A stretch of DNA of 64,000 bases from an uncultured Gammaproteobacteria bacterium. GTDB taxonomy: Bacteria; Patescibacteriota; Patescibacteriia; Magasanikbacterales; JBBTQS01. The notes beneath the pieces were generated by a model, which was given only the letters and a program-made list of their open reading frames with translations, was not told where the DNA came from and searched no databases. The translations under genes were made by a program, and so were the position numbers. Below, one piece after another: positions 1 through 9,577 of this stretch. How positions within the stretch are numbered: position 1 is the stretch's first letter; each line of letters starts with the position of its first letter. Where the stretch lies: the NCBI GenBank assembly GCA_964627525.1, contig CAZVIA010000001.1, forward strand, positions 8,007-72,006. The letters are read 5' to 3'.

Positions 1-1514
1 CAAATTGTAATTATGATGTGTGTGAAGATGGTTGTGAGTATGAAGGTGCTTGTCCAGCACGTTGTATCCCACATGAACATGATGATGATCACCCTACTAC
101 TAATCAACCATATACATATGCCCCAGAAGACTGTGGGGGTGGTTGGAATTGGAATAGTGATACAGAGTCATGTGTTCGTCCAGGTGTAAATTGTTCAAGT
201 TATAGTAGTGTTTGTGGTGCTTGTCCACAAGGTGATATGAATGATAGTTATTGGTGTGAATATGATGGAGATGGTTGTCCAATGGCTTGTAGAGAAGTAG
301 GACAATGTGATAATGATGGGTATTGTGATCCAGGAGAAAGTTATGAAGATTGTTCATCAGATTGCGGAACATATTCTGGAGGACAGTGTGATCATGATGG
401 ATACTGTGACACAGGTGAGACTCCGTCAGATTGTCCAGATTGTTCAAGTTATACAAGTAGTTGTAATAATAATGGTACTTGTGAAGATGGTGAAACTTTT
501 GAAGGTTGTGGATCAGATTGTTCAGGAAGTTGTGATAATGATGGGTCATGTGATCCAGGCGAAGATATGGGAAATTGTGGATATGATTGTGGTGGTTCAT
601 GTGATAATGATGGAACTTGTGAATCAGGTGAAGATAGTATGAATTGTGGTCATGATTGTGACTCAATGTATGGTACAGGAGGTAGTTGTGATTACAATGG
701 AGTATGTGAATCAGATGAGAATAGTTCAAGTTGTCCAGAAGACTGTAATGTTGTAGATTCTGGTGCAGCATATGATGATGTTACATTGCATGGGGCAACA
801 ATAACAGACAGTGGTCTACAGATTAGTTATTCTAAGAACTTTAGTACTTGTGCCCACTTATTATTCTCCAGCTTTGGAATGGCAACATCATATAATTATT
901 ATTGCACAATGGGTGACTCAATTGTGGTTACACAGCCTTTGGATCAATTTTCAGTAAGTGCTGGAGATTCAATAATGTTGTGCCATGGAAATAATTATGG
1001 AGTGTGTAGTGGTACTGCTGCTATAACTGATTCAAGAAGTAGTGTGTCTAGTTCGGATGATAGTGATAATACTAGTCAAGGAGAATCTTGTGGCTCAACA
1101 ACTTGCGGATTATCAACTGATTGGTGTGCAGACTCTTCAAGAAGTATGTGTTGTCCAACAGGTACCTCAGTGTTGTGTGATAGTGGTGCGTGTACAAATA
1201 GCCTGTCTGATTGTGGTGATCATTATGATGACGAATACCACGACGATGATTTTGATTACTACCATGATGATGGTGGTGCACCATGTGGTACAGGAAATAC
1301 TTGTGCTCAAGGTGACTGGTGTGCTGATGTATCAAATGGATGGTGTTGTCCAGCTTATGCAGAACATATTTGTGATGATGGTCGTTGTGTAGAAAATTAT
1401 TCTGAATGTGATTCACAAAGCTATAATGACACAGGTTTTTGGAAAAGACTTGGAATTAAATGGGACAGCTTTATTTCTAAGTTGCTAGGAGTTTCAAGAG
1501 CATCTAGGTACTAA
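1..1514 (+). CDS. Cys-rich repeat protein (CDNDG-x-CD-x-GE modules), probably secreted or surface; 5' partial, frame open to window start
   Basis: Frame from nt 3 is open to the window edge. At least 8 tandem ~25-aa modules with invariant Cys spacing; Asn/Asp/Ser rich. A hairpin terminator follows the stop. Confidence 0.6.
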   Translation, partial: NCNYDVCEDGCEYEGACPARCIPHEHDDDHPTTNQPYTYAPEDCGGGWNWNSDTESCVRPGVNCSSYSSVCGACPQGDMNDSYWCEYDGDGCPMACREVGQCDNDGYCDPGESYEDCSSDCGTYSGGQCDHDGYCDTGETPSDCPDCSSYTSSCNNNGTCEDGETFEGCGSDCSGSCDNDGSCDPGEDMGNCGYDCGGSCDNDGTCESGEDSMNCGHDCDSMYGTGGSCDYNGVCESDENSSSCPEDCNVVDSGAAYDDVTLHGATITDSGLQISYSKNFSTCAHLLFSSFGMATSYNYYCTMGDSIVVTQPLDQFSVSAGDSIMLCHGNNYGVCSGTAAITDSRSSVSSSDDSDNTSQGESCGSTTCGLSTDWCADSSRSMCCPTGTSVLCDSGACTNSLSDCGDHYDDEYHDDDFDYYHDDGGAPCGTGNTCAQGDWCADVSNGWCCPAYAEHICDDGRCVENYSECDSQSYNDTGFWKRLGIKWDSFISKLLGVSRASRY

Positions 1515-1536
1515 GCACAAAATAAATAAAAACCAA

Positions 1537-1566
1537 AAACCCGGCAGCCAGTCGGGTTTTTACTTG
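1537..1566 (+). terminator. Rho-independent terminator
   Basis: Hairpin cccggcagccagtcggg followed by a T-run. Confidence 0.6.
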
Positions 1567-1615
1567 ACTTATTACAGAGAAAATGTTATAGTTTTGCCAA
1601 ATTAATTTATAATTT

Positions 1616-2101
1616 ATGGATTTTAAAGGATTAAAAGAAAAAACATTAGTGCTTATTAAACCAGATGGCATTCAAAGAGCATTGGTTGGTGAGATTGTAG
1701 ATCGTTTTGAAAGAAAAGGTCTTAAGTTGATTGGTTTAAAAATGATGAAACTAGATGAGGCTTTGCTAAGAGAACATTATGCACATATTAAGGATAAGGA
1801 TTTTTATCCAGGTGTTGAAAGATTTATGATGAGTTCTCCTGTGATTGCAATGTGCTGGGAAGGTTTAGAGGTTGTTGATGCTGTACGATTGATTACTGGA
1901 ATTACAAAATCACGTGAAGCAGAAGCTGGTTCTGTTAGGGGTGACTTAGCAATGAGTGTTGCTTGTAATGTAATTCATGCTTCAGATTCTTTGGAAAATG
2001 CAAAAGTTGAAGTACAGAGGTTTTTTAAAGAAGAAGAATTATTTGAATATCAAAAATCTGACTACTTGTTTGTGTATACTGAAGACGAGTTAGATCAATA
2101 A
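1616..2101 (+). CDS. ndk: Nucleoside diphosphate kinase
   Basis: IKPDG near the N-terminus and the NVIHASDS active-site His region; ~160 aa, typical NDK length. Confidence 0.9.
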   Translation: MDFKGLKEKTLVLIKPDGIQRALVGEIVDRFERKGLKLIGLKMMKLDEALLREHYAHIKDKDFYPGVERFMMSSPVIAMCWEGLEVVDAVRLITGITKSREAEAGSVRGDLAMSVACNVIHASDSLENAKVEVQRFFKEEELFEYQKSDYLFVYTEDELDQ

Positions 2102-2122
2102 TTTTGTTAAAATTTTTTAAAA

Positions 2123-2157
2123 AGCCCAACCACTCCGAGTGGTCGGGCTTTTTTGTA
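2123..2157 (+). terminator. Rho-independent terminator after ndk
   Basis: agcccaacc/ggtcgggct stem followed by tttttt. Confidence 0.6.
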
Positions 2158-2180
2158 TCAAACCAAGCTCGTGCTATACT
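2153..2180 (+). promoter_or_regulatory. sigma70-like promoter (TTGTAT-N16-TGC-TATACT)
   Basis: Extended -10 (gtgcTATACT) with a weaker -35; sits directly upstream of a GC-rich structured stretch. Confidence 0.4.
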
Positions 2181-2336
2181 GAAATTGACCCTCTAGAGCG
2201 GATCTATGATATTCCTCTACAACCTTATCCCTAGAGTTTGTCGGGATCGCTATCACTGTGGTGAAAAGCACTGACGAACCACCTATTTAGCGGGGGTAAG
2301 TCGTAGATCCGCAACAGAGTGGTTTTTTGTTTTTTA
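2181..2336 (+). ncRNA. Candidate structured small RNA (~150 nt), identity unknown
   Basis: GC-rich ORF-free stretch between a promoter and a T-run. Long-range pairing gcggatcta (about 2203) with tagatccgc (about 2310); internal hairpins; ends ...gagtggtttttt. Confidence 0.35.
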
Positions 2337-2405
2337 GATTTTTTAAAATGTATAGGTTTGGTTTTTGTTAAGATATAAGTTTTTAATTGAGAAGTTTATT
2401 TTTTG

Positions 2406-2417
2406 GCTAAATTTAGC
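2406..2417. promoter_or_regulatory. Palindromic motif GCTAAATTTAGC (copy 1 of 4), embedded in TTTTTTGGCTAAATTTAGCAAAAAAA
   Basis: Perfect 12-bp palindrome; copies also at 11356, 29926 and 49958, each beside a promoter and a GC-rich island. Confidence 0.5.
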
Positions 2418-2492
2418 AAAAAAAACTAGGATTTTAATTCAAAATAAAATTTCGTATTTGTATAGGTTTGAAATGTGTGTTAAGGTATTTAT

Positions 2493-3212
2493 ATGAAGTA
2501 TACTATCGGACAAACAGCAAAAATATTGGGTGTAACTGCACAAACTTTAAGGAGGTGGGAGGCTTCTGGTTTGTTAATGTCACATCGTTCAAAAGGAGGG
2601 CATAGATATTATGAAGAAGACGAAATTAGGGAATATTGCAATAGTCTTGATATTTTTAAATTGGCTTTTAATTGGACATTATCAGATACTGGTGAAAATA
2701 TATTAAAACACTTTTATTGTTCTGATTCATCAGTGTTTAAAGCAAGACTTGGCAAAATGTTAACAGAGTTACAAAAAGATTTGAGTGTTAGAAATTTAGC
2801 ATCATTAATTACAGCATCTGCAGGTGAGATAGGTAATAATTCCTTTGATCATAATTTGGGGAATTGGCCTGATAAAGCTGGAATTTTTTTTGGTTATCAT
2901 ACAAAAAAAAGACAAATTGTGTTAGCAGATCGTGGTCAAGGGGTTTTAACAACATTAAGTAGGGTAAGACCTGAATTGAAAATAGAAAAAGATGCTTTAA
3001 AGGTTGCTTTTACTGAATTTGTTACTGGTAGAGCTCCTCAACATAGGGGTAATGGTCTAAAGTGGGTTAAAAAAAATGTCTGTGATTATGATCTAGACTT
3101 GGTTTTTCAGTCAGGAAATGCCCGTTTAAAGATTGGGGGTGGTAATGAGGAATTAAAAATAAAGGAAGTAAAGAATAAAATACAAGGATGTTTATCCTTT
3201 ATTAATTATTGA
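2493..3212 (+). CDS. MerR-type HTH fused to a GHKL (histidine-kinase/anti-sigma-like) ATPase domain
   Basis: N-terminal TIGQTAKILGVTAQTLRRWE (MerR HTH). C-terminal N-box (GEIGNNSFDHN), G1 (LADRGQG) and G2 (RGNGL) boxes. Confidence 0.55.
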   Translation: MKYTIGQTAKILGVTAQTLRRWEASGLLMSHRSKGGHRYYEEDEIREYCNSLDIFKLAFNWTLSDTGENILKHFYCSDSSVFKARLGKMLTELQKDLSVRNLASLITASAGEIGNNSFDHNLGNWPDKAGIFFGYHTKKRQIVLADRGQGVLTTLSRVRPELKIEKDALKVAFTEFVTGRAPQHRGNGLKWVKKNVCDYDLDLVFQSGNARLKIGGGNEELKIKEVKNKIQGCLSFINY

Positions 3213-3213
3213 T

Positions 3214-3504
3214 ATGAAAATTGAATTAAAAAAATTTGGAAACATATTGATTTCTAGGCAATCTGGTCGTGAAGCATATAATGCATTTAAGCCAACAATG
3301 CAAAATATTGGTGAATCAGAAGAGGTTGTTTTGGATTTTGTGGGAGTTGATGTCTTGTCTCCTTCGTGGGCAGATGAATTTATAACTATTTTAGTAAAAG
3401 ATTTTTCAAATAATATTATAGTTAAAAAAACTGATAATTTGTCAGTGATTGAAACTTTGGATTTATTGCAGAAAATAAATAATTATATTTTAGAAATTAA
3501 GTAA
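3214..3504 (+). CDS. Small STAS-like (anti-sigma-antagonist-like, DUF4325-like) protein
   Basis: 96 aa, starts 1 nt after the GHKL gene. Size and profile fit STAS partner-switch proteins; tentative. Confidence 0.4.
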   Translation: MKIELKKFGNILISRQSGREAYNAFKPTMQNIGESEEVVLDFVGVDVLSPSWADEFITILVKDFSNNIIVKKTDNLSVIETLDLLQKINNYILEIK

Positions 3505-3535
3505 GTGTTTTTGTTTGTAAAATATATAAAAACCT

Positions 3536-3865
3536 ATGGATTTTGATGAATATCAAGAAAAAGCAGCAACAACTGCAAAATATGCTGACAAAGGCAATAA
3601 CTTGGCTTATCCGGTTTTGGGATTAAATGGTGAGGCAGGTGAAGTCGCAGAAAAAGCTAAAAAAATTATTCGCGACCACAATAATATAATGACTGATCAG
3701 CACAGACAAGAAATTGCAAAAGAACTTGGAGATGTTTTATGGTATGTTGCAGCTGTTACTTCTGAAATAGGTTTTTCAATGCAAGATGTTGCGCAGATGA
3801 ATATAGATAAGTTAGCATCTCGAGATAAAAGAAATATGATTCATGGAAGTGGAGATAATAGATAA
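3536..3865 (+). CDS. MazG-like nucleotide pyrophosphohydrolase
   Basis: GLNGEAGEVAE and ELGDVLWYV helices typical of the MazG/HisE all-alpha NTP-PPase fold. Confidence 0.7.
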   Translation: MDFDEYQEKAATTAKYADKGNNLAYPVLGLNGEAGEVAEKAKKIIRDHNNIMTDQHRQEIAKELGDVLWYVAAVTSEIGFSMQDVAQMNIDKLASRDKRNMIHGSGDNR

Positions 3866-3896
3866 TTTTAAAAACACAAAAATTTTTACAAACAAA

Positions 3897-4997
3897 ATGA
3901 AAAAAGTTTTCCTAACAATTTTACTAATGATCGCAGCAATAGCTGTAAGTTTGTTTGTTGTAAAAACACAAGGTCTGAATTTTTATTCTCAAAAAGTTTA
4001 TTTACAAAAAGCAGGTTTTGGTAATTTAATTTCAAAAGAAAATAAAAAACCAGATCGCCCTGACCCAACAAAAATTACAATCCAAACCTTTGGTGATTTA
4101 ATGTTGGATCGTTATGTTAGAAAAACTATTAACAATCACAGTTCAGAATATCCATTTGAGAATATTAAAGACTTGCTTGATCAGGCAGATTTTAATGTGG
4201 TGAATTTAGAAGGTACTCTCACGGATTTTCCAACAAAATCAATTCAACCAAATGACACGACTTTTACTTTTTCAAAAAGACATGCAGAAACTTTGCGCGA
4301 TTTGAATTTTACAATTACAAGTTTGGCAAATAATCATTCAAGAGATTTTGGGACAACAGGTGCACAGCAAACTAAAGAAACTTTGAAAACAAATAACATT
4401 GCTTATTTTGGCGACTATTTTAATAAAAATGAAATTTCGCATGTTGAAAATTATTCTGGCACGAAAATTGGTTTTGTTGGATATCATCAGTTAAGTAATA
4501 CAGGTTTTCAAAATGTTTTAAATGAAGTTGCGCGACTTAGAGACAAAGTAGATTTTTTGATTGTGTACGCACACTGGGGGATTGAATATGCGCGCATGAA
4601 TTTTTCAGATGCACAACAAGCTGCAGCTTATCAATTAATTGAGGAGGGTGCAGATGCGGTTGTTGGAATGCATCCGCATGTTGTTCAGCCGATTGAAATT
4701 TATAAAGGGAAAATTATTTTTTATTCTCTGGGGAATTTTGTTTTTGATCAGTTGTTTTCAGATGATGTAAGGGAGGAATTGGGTGTGCGAATTATTATTG
4801 AACCAAAACAAGTGACTTATCAATTTATTACTTTGGAAAATATTGATATTCAAATTCATGAAACAACAGGTGATAAGCGCAGAGAGTTGTTAAGAGAAAT
4901 TGCGCAAGCTTCTGAGATTTCAGATTTTTTCAAAGAGCAAGTTAAGAGAGGAGAAGTTGTGTTAAGAGAAACAGCTTTTTCAAACTTTATTAAATAA
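3897..4997 (+). CDS. CapA/PgsA-family metallophosphatase (poly-gamma-glutamate capsule synthesis-like), membrane anchored
   Basis: Signal/TM N-terminus MKKVFLTILLMIAAIAV; motifs ANNHSRDFG, VYAHWGIEY, GMHPHVVQP, YSLGNFVFDQ. The ORF-track start at 3843 overlaps the MazG gene, so the second ATG is preferred. Confidence 0.75.
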   Translation: MKKVFLTILLMIAAIAVSLFVVKTQGLNFYSQKVYLQKAGFGNLISKENKKPDRPDPTKITIQTFGDLMLDRYVRKTINNHSSEYPFENIKDLLDQADFNVVNLEGTLTDFPTKSIQPNDTTFTFSKRHAETLRDLNFTITSLANNHSRDFGTTGAQQTKETLKTNNIAYFGDYFNKNEISHVENYSGTKIGFVGYHQLSNTGFQNVLNEVARLRDKVDFLIVYAHWGIEYARMNFSDAQQAAAYQLIEEGADAVVGMHPHVVQPIEIYKGKIIFYSLGNFVFDQLFSDDVREELGVRIIIEPKQVTYQFITLENIDIQIHETTGDKRRELLREIAQASEISDFFKEQVKRGEVVLRETAFSNFIK

Positions 4998-5029
4998 AAA
5001 AATTGCTCAGATTCTAGAGCAATTTTTTT
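4994..5029. terminator. Bidirectional hairpin terminator (CapA-like gene / rpmB)
   Basis: ttgctc...gagcaa stem flanked by an A-run and a T-run. Confidence 0.5.
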
Positions 5030-5213
5030 ATACAGCGGCTACAGCTTTTTTAGTCATTGTACGAAGGCAACTTGTGCAAATTTTTGCTTTTTTACCTTCA
5101 ACTTTTTTTGACTGAAGATTAATATTAATCTTTCTAGGAGTAGCGCGCATTGATTTGCTGCGATTGTTTCCTCGACGAGGACCACGGGCGCAGACATCAC
5201 AAGTTCTAGACAT
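5028..5213 (-). CDS. rpmB: 50S ribosomal protein L28
   Basis: MSRTCDVCARGPRRGNNRS...PNLQ-like L28 signature; 61 aa. Confidence 0.85.
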   Translation of the reverse strand: MSRTCDVCARGPRRGNNRSKSMRATPRKININLQSKKVEGKKAKICTSCLRTMTKKAVAAV

Positions 5214-5312
5214 ATAATTGATTTAACAGTGTTTATAGGTTACAATATTAGAGATACAAAGTCAAGTCTCTGTGTAGCCTCGTGCCACCGGCGCTCGGCT
5301 TACCAATAAATT

Positions 5313-5921
5313 ATGGAATTATATTTAACATTATTTAGCATTGCCGTACTTATTTTTTCTGCTGTTTTTCATGAATACATGCATGGGTGGACAGCAAATC
5401 AATTAGGTGACGCAACTGCAAAATATGCTGGCAGATTAACTTTAGATCCAAGAAAGCACATAGATTTGTTTGGAACAATTTTATTGCCAATATTTTTATA
5501 CCTAATTAGTGGTTTTGTTTTTGGTTATGCAAAGCCAGTTCCATATAATCCTTATAATTTAAAATATCACAAATGGGGGCCGGCAATAGTTGGGGTGGCA
5601 GGTCCATTATCAAATTTATTTTTAGCATTGGTTTTTGGTTTTCTTGCAAGCTTAACTGCTGATATTGTTTTATTGAGATTGCTTTATATTATTGTAAATA
5701 TAAATGTATTGCTAGCAGTGTTTAATTTAGTACCAATTCCTCCGCTAGATGGTTCAAAAATTCTCTACGCACTTCTCCCAACATCAGCACAGCACATAAA
5801 AGCAGTATTAGATCGATATGGAATAATCTTAGTTTTCTTTTTTGTCTTCTTTTTATTCAAAATTTTAAGCCCAATAATCAAGTGGGTTACAGAGTTATTT
5901 TTTATGTTTAATGTTTCTTGA
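5313..5921 (+). CDS. Site-2 protease (peptidase M50) family membrane protein
   Basis: HEYMHG (HExxH) in a TM helix and NLVPIPPLDGS (LDG motif); multi-TM. Confidence 0.7.
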   Translation: MELYLTLFSIAVLIFSAVFHEYMHGWTANQLGDATAKYAGRLTLDPRKHIDLFGTILLPIFLYLISGFVFGYAKPVPYNPYNLKYHKWGPAIVGVAGPLSNLFLALVFGFLASLTADIVLLRLLYIIVNINVLLAVFNLVPIPPLDGSKILYALLPTSAQHIKAVLDRYGIILVFFFVFFLFKILSPIIKWVTELFFMFNVS

Positions 5922-5960
5922 CGTTTTGTTAAGCTGTGTTATAGTTTCAATTTTGCTAAT

Positions 5961-6266
5961 TTGGCACGGAAGTTTGGTGTTAATTTTAATGAACAAAAAG
6001 ATCCTCATATTATCCAAATGAGAAAAAAATTAAATGAATTGGGTGGTATAGATTTTAAAATTGAACAATATCCAGATGGGTCTTGGGCAGCTGAATCAAC
6101 AAATGTAGACGGTATTATTACAGGTGGCACTTATATAAAAAATATTCCAGAATCTATTAGGGATGCAACTTTTACTTATTTTGGAGTTCCTCCCTATTTG
6201 TGTGTTGATAATTTATTAAAAGCAAATAATGAGCCAGTTGTCTTGAAGCAACATGTATATGTCTAA
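5961..6266 (+). CDS. hicB: HicB-like antitoxin candidate
   Basis: YPDGSWAAES..VDGIITGG..ESIRDA matches the HicB N-domain pattern (E-DGG-Y-A-x-PDLPG...EEA); overlaps the downstream HicA. Confidence 0.4.
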   Translation: MARKFGVNFNEQKDPHIIQMRKKLNELGGIDFKIEQYPDGSWAAESTNVDGIITGGTYIKNIPESIRDATFTYFGVPPYLCVDNLLKANNEPVVLKQHVYV

Positions 6267-6456
6267 TCGTAGTTTTTCTGATATATCTCAAAAACAATGG
6301 AAAAAGGCATGTAAAAAATTAGGACTAGAGATTAAAACAAAATCAGGGAAAGGAAGTCATATTTTAGTGTGCCACCCTTTTATTAATATAAAAATTTTTA
6401 AAAAACTACTAAAGTGGGGTTTTTCTGAAGATCAAATTTGGGGTGCTTTAAATTAA
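6253..6456 (+). CDS. hicA: HicA-family mRNA interferase toxin
   Basis: KSGKGSHILVCHP (G-S-H...HP HicA signature); 67 aa; 14-nt overlap with the upstream gene. Confidence 0.6.
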   Translation: MYMSNRSFSDISQKQWKKACKKLGLEIKTKSGKGSHILVCHPFINIKIFKKLLKWGFSEDQIWGALN

Positions 6457-6526
6457 AATAAGTAAGCTTGACTAATTTCACGCACTAATATACAATATCC
6501 CCGTGGCTAAATAGCTTATTTTTTAT

Positions 6527-6943
6527 ATGCCAACAATGAATCAATTGATCCGTAAAGGACGCAAATCAAAGACGACTAAATCAAAGTCGCCTGCTTTGCA
6601 ATTTACATTTAATTCAATCAGACGTAAAAAAACTTACTTAAAACGTGGTGCTCCATTTAAAAGAGGAGTCTGTGTAAAAGTAACAACAGTTACTCCAAAA
6701 AAACCTAACTCAGCTCTTCGTAAAATTGCTCGTGTGCGTTTAAGTAATGGAATGGAAGTAACAGCATATATCCCAGGTGAAGGTCACAATCTTCAAGAAC
6801 ACAGTATTGTACTATTAAGAGGTGGTCGTGTAAAAGATTTACCAGGTGTGCGTTATCACATTGTTCGTGGTGTTTATGATACAGCTGGTGTAGAAGGAAG
6901 AAAGCAGAGTCGTTCAATGTATGGTACTAAAAAACCTAAATAA
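6527..6943 (+). CDS. rpsL: 30S ribosomal protein S12
   Basis: [13 protein letters not shown]...[10 protein letters not shown] conserved S12. Confidence 0.95.
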   Translation: MPTMNQLIRKGRKSKTTKSKSPALQFTFNSIRRKKTYLKRGAPFKRGVCVKVTTVTPKKPNSALRKIARVRLSNGMEVTAYIPGEGHNLQEHSIVLLRGGRVKDLPGVRYHIVRGVYDTAGVEGRKQSRSMYGTKKPK

Positions 6944-6948
6944 AAATT

Positions 6949-7419
6949 ATGCGCGGTAAATCAGCTCCAAAAAGAATTTTAACACCAGATCCTCGCTACG
7001 CAAGTACTTTAGTAGCAAAATTTACAAATTATTTAATGGAAAGAGGAAAGAAAAGTGTTGCGCAAACAATTGTTTATGATGCTTTTGATCGTATTGAAGA
7101 AAAGACAAAGAAAAAACCAATGGATGTTTTTGAAGAAGCATTAAAAAATATCACACCACAACTTGAAGTTCGTTCAAGACGTGTTGGTGGGGCAAACTAT
7201 CAAGTGCCAATGCCTGTTAGGGGAGACCGAAGAAATGCACTTGCTTTTCGTTGGTTAATTGCAGCAGCAAAATCAAGAAAAGGAAAACCAATGTGTATTA
7301 GACTTTCAGATGAAATCATGGCAGCAGCAGATAGTGAAGGATCGGCAGTAAAGAAAAAACAAGATGTTCACAAAATGGCAGAAAGCAACCGAGCTTTTGC
7401 GCATTTTGCTCGATATTAA
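6949..7419 (+). CDS. rpsG: 30S ribosomal protein S7
   Basis: Conserved S7 sequence; str operon order. Confidence 0.95.
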   Translation: MRGKSAPKRILTPDPRYASTLVAKFTNYLMERGKKSVAQTIVYDAFDRIEEKTKKKPMDVFEEALKNITPQLEVRSRRVGGANYQVPMPVRGDRRNALAFRWLIAAAKSRKGKPMCIRLSDEIMAAADSEGSAVKKKQDVHKMAESNRAFAHFARY

Positions 7420-7459
7420 ATTAATCACAAATTTCACTCATTTTTTCACTCACTAAATT

Positions 7460-9535
7460 ATGCCGAGAGAATATAGCTTAAATGACACACGTAATATAGG
7501 AATTATTGCGCATATTGACGCTGGTAAAACAACAGTTACCGAGCGTGTACTTTTTTATACAGGAAAAAAACATAAAATTGGAGAAGTTCATGAAGGTGAA
7601 GCTGAAATGGATTGGATGGAACAAGAGCAAGAACGTGGAATTACAATTACTTCAGCAGCTACAACATGTTTTTGGGGCGGCAAAAGAATTAATATTATTG
7701 ACACACCTGGTCATGTAGATTTTACAGCAGAAGTTGAACGTAGTCTTCGTGTGCTTGATGGTGGTGCTGTGATTTTTGATGGTGTTGCTGGTGTTGAACC
7801 ACAATCTGAAACAGTTTGGCATCAAGCAGATAAGTATGAAGTTCCAAGAATTTGTTTTATAAATAAATTAGATAGAACTGGTGCAGATTTTTATAAGGAC
7901 ATAGATTCAATTCATAATCGTTTAACAAAAAAAGCAATTCCAGTTCAGTTGCCAATTGGTGAAGAAGATAAATTTGAAGGTTTGGTAGATTTGCTCAAAA
8001 TGAAAGCTTTTATTTATAAAGATGATTTAGGAAAAGAAATTGAAGAAACAGAAATTCCCGAAGCATTAAAAGAAAAAGCTGAAAAATATCATTCAGAACT
8101 TGTTGAAAAAATTGTTGAAAATGATGAGGAATTAATGACCGCATATTTAGATGGAAAAAAACCTTCTGTAGAAGATTTGAAAAGAGTTTTGCGTAAAGCA
8201 ACAATTGCGAATGAAATGATTCCGGTTTTATGTGGTACTGCTTTGAAAAATAAAGGAGTGCAACTATTACTAGATGCAATTATAGATTATTTGCCTTCAC
8301 CTTTGGATGTTCCAGCTATTGAAGGACATGATGTTAAAGATGAAGAAAAAATTATTGAGCGCAAAGCAGATGATTCAGAACCATTTTCAGCTTTGGCATT
8401 TAAAATTGCAACTGACCCGTTTGTTGGTAAATTAAGTTTTTTCCGTATTTATTCTGGTATTTTAAAATCAGGTTCATATGTTTTAAATACAGTTTCAGGA
8501 AAAAAAGAGCGTATCGGAAGAATTTTGCGAATGCATGCAAACCATAGAGAAGATGTTGATGAAGTTTATGCGGGTGAAATTGCTGCTGCAGTTGGTTTAA
8601 AAGAAACTCGCACTGGTGATACTTTGTGTGATGAAAATAATCCAATTGTTTTGGAGTCAATTACATTTCCAGAGCCAGTTATTTCTGTTGCAGTTGAACC
8701 TAAAACAAAAGCTGATCAAGAAAAAATGGGAATGGCTTTGGCTAAGTTGGCTGAAGAAGATCCAACTTTTGTTGTTTCAACTAATGAAGAAACTTTGCAA
8801 ACAATTATTGCAGGAATGGGAGAACTTCATTTGGAAATTATTATTGACCGCATGAAGCGTGAGTTTAAAGTTGAGGCAAATGTTGGTGCTCCGCAAGTTG
8901 CTTATAAAGAAACTATTAAGAAATTGGCTGAAGCAGAAGGTAAATATATTAAACAGTCTGGTGGTCGTGGGCAATATGGTCATTGTTGGTTGCGAGTTGA
9001 GCCACTTGAGCAAGGAAAAGGTTTTGAGTTTATTGATAAAATTAAAGGTGGTACTATTCCTAAGGAATATATTCCAGCTATTCAAAAAGGTGTGAAAGAA
9101 GCAATGGCGCGCGGTATTGTTGCTGGTTATCCAATTTTAGATGTACAAGTTACTGTTTATGATGGTTCATTTCATGAAGTAGACTCTTCAGAAATGGCAT
9201 TTAAAATGGCTGGATCAATGGCTTTTCAAGCTGCTGCAAAAAAAGCTAGTCCAATCATTCTTGAGCCTTTGATGAAAGTTGATGTAACAACTCCAGAAGA
9301 GTATATGGGAGATGTAATTGGTGATTTAAACTCAAAGCGTGGGCAAGTTCAAGAAATGAGTGATCGTGGTCAAGTAAAAATTGTTAAAGCAATGGTTCCT
9401 TTGTCTGAAATGTTTGGCTACACAACAAGTTTGCGTAGTATGACACAAGGGCGTGCAAGTTATTCAATGGAATTTGCACATTATACAGAGGTTCCAAAAA
9501 ATGTTGCTGAAGCAATTGCAGAAGGTAAAAAATAA
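7460..9535 (+). CDS. fusA: Elongation factor G
   Basis: [10 protein letters not shown]1 and DTPGHVDF G3 motifs; 691 aa. Confidence 0.95.
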   Translation: MPREYSLNDTRNIGIIAHIDAGKTTVTERVLFYTGKKHKIGEVHEGEAEMDWMEQEQERGITITSAATTCFWGGKRINIIDTPGHVDFTAEVERSLRVLDGGAVIFDGVAGVEPQSETVWHQADKYEVPRICFINKLDRTGADFYKDIDSIHNRLTKKAIPVQLPIGEEDKFEGLVDLLKMKAFIYKDDLGKEIEETEIPEALKEKAEKYHSELVEKIVENDEELMTAYLDGKKPSVEDLKRVLRKATIANEMIPVLCGTALKNKGVQLLLDAIIDYLPSPLDVPAIEGHDVKDEEKIIERKADDSEPFSALAFKIATDPFVGKLSFFRIYSGILKSGSYVLNTVSGKKERIGRILRMHANHREDVDEVYAGEIAAAVGLKETRTGDTLCDENNPIVLESITFPEPVISVAVEPKTKADQEKMGMALAKLAEEDPTFVVSTNEETLQTIIAGMGELHLEIIIDRMKREFKVEANVGAPQVAYKETIKKLAEAEGKYIKQSGGRGQYGHCWLRVEPLEQGKGFEFIDKIKGGTIPKEYIPAIQKGVKEAMARGIVAGYPILDVQVTVYDGSFHEVDSSEMAFKMAGSMAFQAAAKKASPIILEPLMKVDVTTPEEYMGDVIGDLNSKRGQVQEMSDRGQVKIVKAMVPLSEMFGYTTSLRSMTQGRASYSMEFAHYTEVPKNVAEAIAEGKK

Positions 9536-9577
9536 AATTCAATAATTTTTTTTAAAAATAATTTAAAAAACAAAAAT

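Noticed and set aside
100-771. 223-aa minus-strand His/Asn/Tyr-rich ORF
   Set aside because: Antisense artefact of the repetitive Cys-rich gene
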